Assembly (NCBI GenBank): GCA_031266235.1
Contig: JAISBJ010000029.1
Coordinates: 1-24,053 of the forward strand
From: Puniceicoccales bacterium
Lineage (GTDB): Bacteria; Verrucomicrobiota; Verrucomicrobiia; Opitutales; LL51
Length of the DNA: 24,053 nt
Direction of reading: 5' to 3'
The notes beneath the pieces were generated by a model. It ran no database searches, had not been told where the DNA came from, and saw only the letters and a list, made by a program, of their open reading frames with translations. Positions 19,459 through 24,053 of the stretch are shown here, piece by piece. Within the stretch, counting starts at the first letter, position 1. Each line of letters opens with the position of its first letter. The position numbers were made by a program, and so were the translations under genes.

Positions 19459-19598
19459 ATAAAAATAAAGTAAAAATCGAAACGCTTTTTATAAGAAGAT
19501 ATTAGTCGCCTGTTTGTTTTATAAGTAAAAAATAAAGTAAAAATTAAATATTTTTTCCTGGAAAAGATTGGCCGATTGTTTGCTTTATAAGTAAAAAT
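19411..19598. repeat. Degenerate tandem repeat, 66-bp period x3, of the rluB 3' end
   Basis: In-register segments 19411-19458 (VKYLSQDDISRLFAL*), 19477-19524 (SKRFL*EDISRLFVL*) and 19543-19590 (IKYFFLEKIGRLFAL*). Confidence 0.88.
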
Positions 19599-19610
19599 TA
19601 TTAAAAATAA

Positions 19611-20393
19611 TTAGCGATCCAAGCCGAAACGCCGAATCACCTCCTCGCCGAGCCTCTCGTAAGCCTTCGCTCCGCTGCTCATCCTATCGTAGTCGAAAAT
19701 GGATTGCCCGAAACTCGGCGCCTCGCTCAGACGCACGGAACGGGGAATTACGGTCGAAAAAGCCAGCTGGTGGAAATGCCTCTGGACGTCCTCCACAATC
19801 TGCCGCGATAAATTTGTGCGAATATCAAACATCGTCATCAAAATCCCCCCGATCTCCAAAGACGGATTAATCCCGCGCCCACGCAAATCCTCCACCACTC
19901 CCAAAATCTGACTCAGCCCCTCCAACGCTAAATATTCGCATTGCAGCGTCACAATCAATTTGTCCGCGCACGCCAAACTATTCATCGAAATCAGCCCCAA
20001 AGCAGGCGGACAATCCAAAATAATCGCCCGGAAGCGGTCCGTTTTTTTAATCGGCGCGAGACATTGGCGTAAGCGCATGAGATAATCTCCCTTCTGGCTG
20101 AGCTCCACTTCGATGGCCACGAGATCCACTTCCGCGGGAATAATGCTGAGATTTTTCTGCGACGTCTCCTTGACGCGATCGATGGCATCCGCCTCGCCGT
20201 GTAAAACGTCGTACAAACTCCCGCCACTCTCCTTCTTAAGGCCGAGGCCGCTCGTCGTGTTGCCCTGGGGATCCAGGTCGATGAGGAGCGTCGCAACGCC
20301 CTTCCGCGCCAAAGAAGCCGATAAATTAATGGCCGTCGTCGTCTTCCCTACTCCGCCTTTCTGATTCGCAATTGAAAAAATCATCGCTGCCAT
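19611..20393 (-). CDS. parA: ParA/Soj-family ATPase
   Basis: IANQKGGVGKTTTAINL, LIDLDPQGN, IILDCPPALG, QCEYLALEGL and IPRSVRLSEAPSFG motifs. Confidence 0.95.
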   Translation of the reverse strand: MAAMIFSIANQKGGVGKTTTAINLSASLARKGVATLLIDLDPQGNTTSGLGLKKESGGSLYDVLHGEADAIDRVKETSQKNLSIIPAEVDLVAIEVELSQKGDYLMRLRQCLAPIKKTDRFRAIILDCPPALGLISMNSLACADKLIVTLQCEYLALEGLSQILGVVEDLRGRGINPSLEIGGILMTMFDIRTNLSRQIVEDVQRHFHQLAFSTVIPRSVRLSEAPSFGQSIFDYDRMSSGAKAYERLGEEVIRRFGLDR

Positions 20394-20414
20394 AAGTTTT
20401 ATCTCCGCTAAATT

Positions 20415-22805
20415 TTACCCCCGCAATTCAAAATCCGGACGCCGCCTAACCGCCGCTACCAATTCTTCAAAAACTCGGTCAATTTCCCCGTCGGAAGGCG
20501 TTTTTTTATCATTTTTAAAAGATAAATTTAAGCCCAAGCTCTTCCTGTGCTCCGGTAAATTTTGTCCGCGATAGATGTCAAAAATACCGATTTCGACGGC
20601 CGTAAAAATGCCTCTAGCGATGGCTTCCACCATCCCCTGGACTTCGTCGATCGCCCGCTGCGCCGGATAATCGCGGTCCACAATCAAAGCGATATCCCGT
20701 TTGGCCGCCGGGTAGTAGGAAAAGGATTGGTATTTTTTAGGGCCATTGGGGGTTTCAAAGAGCGGAATTTTTACCAAAATTTCACCAATAATGAGCGGCA
20801 TTTGAAATTCTTTCGCGCCGGCCACATCCAAATACCCTACGCGGGCGAGAATCGATTGCGCCTCCAGATCGCCGATTTTGGCGGAATATTGCGGCTCAAA
20901 TGGCGGGTCCACTGACACTCCGACGGGCCCAAATTCCCCATCCGTCACCATCGACCAAATCTGCCGCACCAAATGCTTGGCCCCAAAAAACGTCGGCTGC
21001 ACAAAGGCGTCCCAATGCCCGCCAAAAGATTCGGCCGGAATCAAAAATGCCACGGAAATTAATTCTTCAAAATCGTCCCCAATTTGCCGAGTCACGTGGC
21101 CCAATTCAAAAAATTTCGCATATTTATTACCATTTTGTAAATTGTAGCGGAAAGCATCGATCAGCCCCGGAAGCAGCGAAACGCGCATGTGACTCTGATT
21201 TTTGACCAGCGGATTGGCAACAGCTAAGGCGCCCTCCGCCTCCCCCATAAGGGAATAATTATAGCACTCGACGAAACCGTTGTCCGACAAAAATTGGATG
21301 ATGCGCTTCGCCTTCGGCGCACTGCCAACGGACGCCCCAGCGGCGATTTTTATGGCGGCACCCCCATCGGGAATGTTGCCGACGCCGTAAATCCGCAAAC
21401 ACTCCTCAACCAAATCGATGGGCCGCGTCACTTCCCAGCGGTAGGAAGGCGATTCCACAACCCAAGTCTCGCCATCCCCGCGGTGCACGACATATTGCAG
21501 GCGCGTTAGTAGGTCGAAAATGGCGTCGTCGTCAATAAAAAATCCAAAAATTTTGCGGACAAAATCCGGCTTTAATTCAATTTTTTTTGGCGGAAAAGCG
21601 ATATTTTGGGGAGTTTTGATCAGTGGTGAAGCGAGCTTCGCGCCGTATAAATCCACTAACATTTTGGCGGCTATGCGAAGGAAATGCTCCGTTTGGGCCG
21701 CATCCACGTGGCGCGCATAGCGATAGGAACTGTCCGTGCTGATCGCCAAAGCCCGAGCCGTCTTGCGCACGCTGTCCGCCGAAAAACAAGCCCCCTCCAA
21801 AATAATTTCCTCCGTCTCCGCCGCTATTTTTGTGGCTTCTCCGCCCATGACCCCTCCAATGGCTAGCGGGCGATTTTCATCGGCAATTACAAGCATCGCC
21901 GGCGTCAACTCGTGCTCCTTGGCGTCCAATGTCGCTATTTTTTCTCCGGCAAATGCCCCGCGGACCGTAATTTTCCTCCCGACTTTCGCGCGATCAAAGG
22001 CGTGGAGCGGCTGCCCGTACGCCATCATCACCCAATTCGTCACGTCGACAATGTTGTTGATAACCGCAACCCCAACCGATTCCAAATCGCGGCGAATCCA
22101 CGGGACGCTTTCGCAAATTTTTATATTTTTTAAAACAATTGCCCCATATAATTCACAATCTCTCCCGAGGATTTCAACGGCGAGGGGATCGCTCTCCTGG
22201 GCCGAAAAATCGCGCTCCGGCGGGGGAATTTCGATGGGCTTTAGCGGCACATTATACCAGGCAGCTAACTCGCGGGCCATGCCATAGTGGGACAGCGCAT
22301 CGCCGCGATTGGCCGTGAGTTCCAACTCAAAACCGACATCTCCCGTGGGGAAAATTTCGTGAATTTTCGCCCCCAATACATGATTTTGACCTAAAATTAA
22401 CAACCCGGAACGCTCCGAGCTCAGGCCCAATTCGCCGCCGCTGCACATCATCCCCTCCGACTCAACGCCGCGCAACTTCGATTTTTTTATCCTCACACCT
22501 CCCGGCAACACCGCCCCGGGGAGCGCCACCGGTACGCAGTCATTTTGCTTGAAATTAGTCGCGCCGCAGACAATCTGGAGCGGCCGCCCATCGCCGATAT
22601 CGACCCGACAAACGGCGAGCCGATCCGCATCGGGATGGCGCTCAAAACTTAAAATTTTTCCCACCACAACGGCATCATTGCGCGCAAAGCCCGCCGAAAT
22701 AACCGATTCAACCTCAAAACCCAATTTAACAAAAGTTTCGGCAATATTTTCCGGTGCGTCGTTTAGGTCAATAAAACGCTTCAACCAACTCAGACTTACT
22801 TTCAT
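20415..22805 (-). CDS. pheT: Phenylalanine--tRNA ligase beta subunit
   Basis: MKVSLSWL start (ATG 22805), HPDADRL..C, QIVCGATN, LRGVESEGMMCS, LTANRGDALSHYGMARE, NNIVDVTN, GQPLHAFD and C-terminal FDX-ACB YPAAKRDIA...FDIYRG. Confidence 0.97.
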   Translation of the reverse strand: MKVSLSWLKRFIDLNDAPENIAETFVKLGFEVESVISAGFARNDAVVVGKILSFERHPDADRLAVCRVDIGDGRPLQIVCGATNFKQNDCVPVALPGAVLPGGVRIKKSKLRGVESEGMMCSGGELGLSSERSGLLILGQNHVLGAKIHEIFPTGDVGFELELTANRGDALSHYGMARELAAWYNVPLKPIEIPPPERDFSAQESDPLAVEILGRDCELYGAIVLKNIKICESVPWIRRDLESVGVAVINNIVDVTNWVMMAYGQPLHAFDRAKVGRKITVRGAFAGEKIATLDAKEHELTPAMLVIADENRPLAIGGVMGGEATKIAAETEEIILEGACFSADSVRKTARALAISTDSSYRYARHVDAAQTEHFLRIAAKMLVDLYGAKLASPLIKTPQNIAFPPKKIELKPDFVRKIFGFFIDDDAIFDLLTRLQYVVHRGDGETWVVESPSYRWEVTRPIDLVEECLRIYGVGNIPDGGAAIKIAAGASVGSAPKAKRIIQFLSDNGFVECYNYSLMGEAEGALAVANPLVKNQSHMRVSLLPGLIDAFRYNLQNGNKYAKFFELGHVTRQIGDDFEELISVAFLIPAESFGGHWDAFVQPTFFGAKHLVRQIWSMVTDGEFGPVGVSVDPPFEPQYSAKIGDLEAQSILARVGYLDVAGAKEFQMPLIIGEILVKIPLFETPNGPKKYQSFSYYPAAKRDIALIVDRDYPAQRAIDEVQGMVEAIARGIFTAVEIGIFDIYRGQNLPEHRKSLGLNLSFKNDKKTPSDGEIDRVFEELVAAVRRRPDFELRG

Positions 22806-22897
22806 CGCAACGTAGAATTTCGCGAAAAATCTCCGGAATGCAAAACTAATTTCTAAAAAATAAATGTCTAAAAAATATTTAAAAATACCGCCGATAC

Positions 22898-22925
22898 AAA
22901 AAAATCCATCAGGCCGGCTGATGAA
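22898..22925 (-). terminator. Intrinsic terminator overlapping the rpoD stop codon
   Basis: On the minus strand: TTCATCAG-CCGGC-CTGATGGA (8-bp stem with one G.U) followed directly by T7. Confidence 0.6.
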
Positions 22926-24053
22926 CAAAATCCTCAAACCCGGGCCCGTCCGTCGTGAATTCCCCCTCAAAAAATCCATATAATTGCCTTATGCGCGTCG
23001 GATGACGCATCTTCCGCAAAGCTTTCGCCTCGATCTGACGAATGCGCTCCCGCGTGACCTTGAACATCTGCCCCACCTCCTCCAGCGTCCGACTGTACCC
23101 ATCCTTCAAACCAAAACGCAGCATCAAAACTTCCTTCTCCCGTGTACTCAGGCTCACCAAAACATCGTCAATTTTCTCCCGCAATAAACTGTAGGCCGTC
23201 ATGTCGTAGGGGTTCTCCGCAGACTTGTCCTCGATGAAATCTCCAAAGCTGGAATCCTCGTTGTCCCCCACCGGACTCTGTAGCGAAATCGGTTGCTGCG
23301 CCATCTTCATGATCGCCTTGACCCGGTCCAGTGGCAAATCCATCTCCTTGGAAACCTCCTCCGCCGTCGCTTCGTGGCCCAGTTCCTGCTGCAATTGACG
23401 CTGAATCTGCATGACCCGGTTCAGGATCTCAATCATGTGCACCGGGATGCGAATCGTCCGCGCTTGGTCGGCTATGGAGCGCGTAATAGCTTGGCGGATC
23501 CACCAGGTGGCGTAGGTCGAAAATTTGTAGCCGCGGCGGTGCTCAAACTTCTCAACCGCCTTCATCAGTCCCATGTTCCCCTCCTGAATCAAATCCAAAA
23601 ACGTCAGTCCACGGTTCGTGTACTTCTTCGCAATGCTGATCACCAGCCGCAAATTCGCCGAAACCATCTCCTGCTTAGCCCGGTGCGCCTCCTTCATCGA
23701 TTCGCGAAAATTTTTTACAATTTCCAGCAGACGCTCGGGATCCACGTTGTACTTCTCCTCCAACTTCATCAGCGCCCGACGAATGCGCTCCAATTGAGGC
23801 CCTATATCGATTTTCTTGCGCTCCGCAATCATCCTCGCCTTCGCAATCTCGTGCAGTAATTGCTCAATTTGCTTCAAATCCGGCCGCAGTTTTTGTAAAA
23901 AATCTTCAAAAATTTTCATCTTAAAACAAAATCGCTTCATGACCGTCTTCAGCTGCGATTGAAACTGCCGCAGACGAATGGCCGTGCGCTTCTCCTCCTT
24001 CTCGTCCATCGATTTTTGCAAATGCTCCCAAACTTCCTGGATTTTCTCCAATA
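22909..24053 (-). CDS. rpoD: RNA polymerase primary sigma factor RpoD (5' part outside the window)
   Basis: [70 protein letters not shown] and [24 protein letters not shown] non-conserved region precedes region 2. Confidence 0.98.
   Translation of the reverse strand, partial: LEKIQEVWEHLQKSMDEKEEKRTAIRLRQFQSQLKTVMKRFCFKMKIFEDFLQKLRPDLKQIEQLLHEIAKARMIAERKKIDIGPQLERIRRALMKLEEKYNVDPERLLEIVKNFRESMKEAHRAKQEMVSANLRLVISIAKKYTNRGLTFLDLIQEGNMGLMKAVEKFEHRRGYKFSTYATWWIRQAITRSIADQARTIRIPVHMIEILNRVMQIQRQLQQELGHEATAEEVSKEMDLPLDRVKAIMKMAQQPISLQSPVGDNEDSSFGDFIEDKSAENPYDMTAYSLLREKIDDVLVSLSTREKEVLMLRFGLKDGYSRTLEEVGQMFKVTRERIRQIEAKALRKMRHPTRIRQLYGFFEGEFTTDGPGFEDFVHQPA

Noticed and set aside
22846-22886. Short ctaaaaaata repeats between rpoD and pheT
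   Set aside because: Low-complexity AT-rich sequence; expected by chance.
22806-22979. N-terminal extension of pheT in the ORF track
   Set aside because: It overlaps the rpoD 3' end and its terminator; the canonical MKVSLSWL start is at 22805.

Overview
Bacterial chromosomal segment made mostly of housekeeping genes, with moderately GC-rich coding regions and very AT-rich intergenic DNA. The PVC-type prepilin proteins suggest Verrucomicrobiota (Opitutia-like); this is an inference. Gene order: atpD (partial, missed by the ORF track), atpG, CPA2 cation/H+ antiporter, cysS, prs, two paralogous prepilin-type proteins, MATE transporter, a third prepilin-type protein, 3'-5' exonuclease, GT2 glycosyltransferase, YdjC/ChbG deacetylase, an orphan Ser-rich secreted protein, rseP, DoxX-like protein, DUF167, RsuA/RluB pseudouridine synthase, parA, pheT, rpoD (partial). 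I found no tRNA, rRNA, CRISPR array or transposase. The most unusual signal is that gene ends are tandemly echoed in the adjacent intergenic DNA at four loci: cysS 3' (2x128 bp), doxX/rseP 3' (3x~110 bp), DUF167 5' (111-bp offset) and rluB 3' (3x66 bp). At cysS and rluB the copies differ mainly at synonymous positions, and both share an A-rich motif just after the stop codon. The ATP synthase operon is also broken between atpA and atpG, with an antiporter gene placed directly upstream of atpG.
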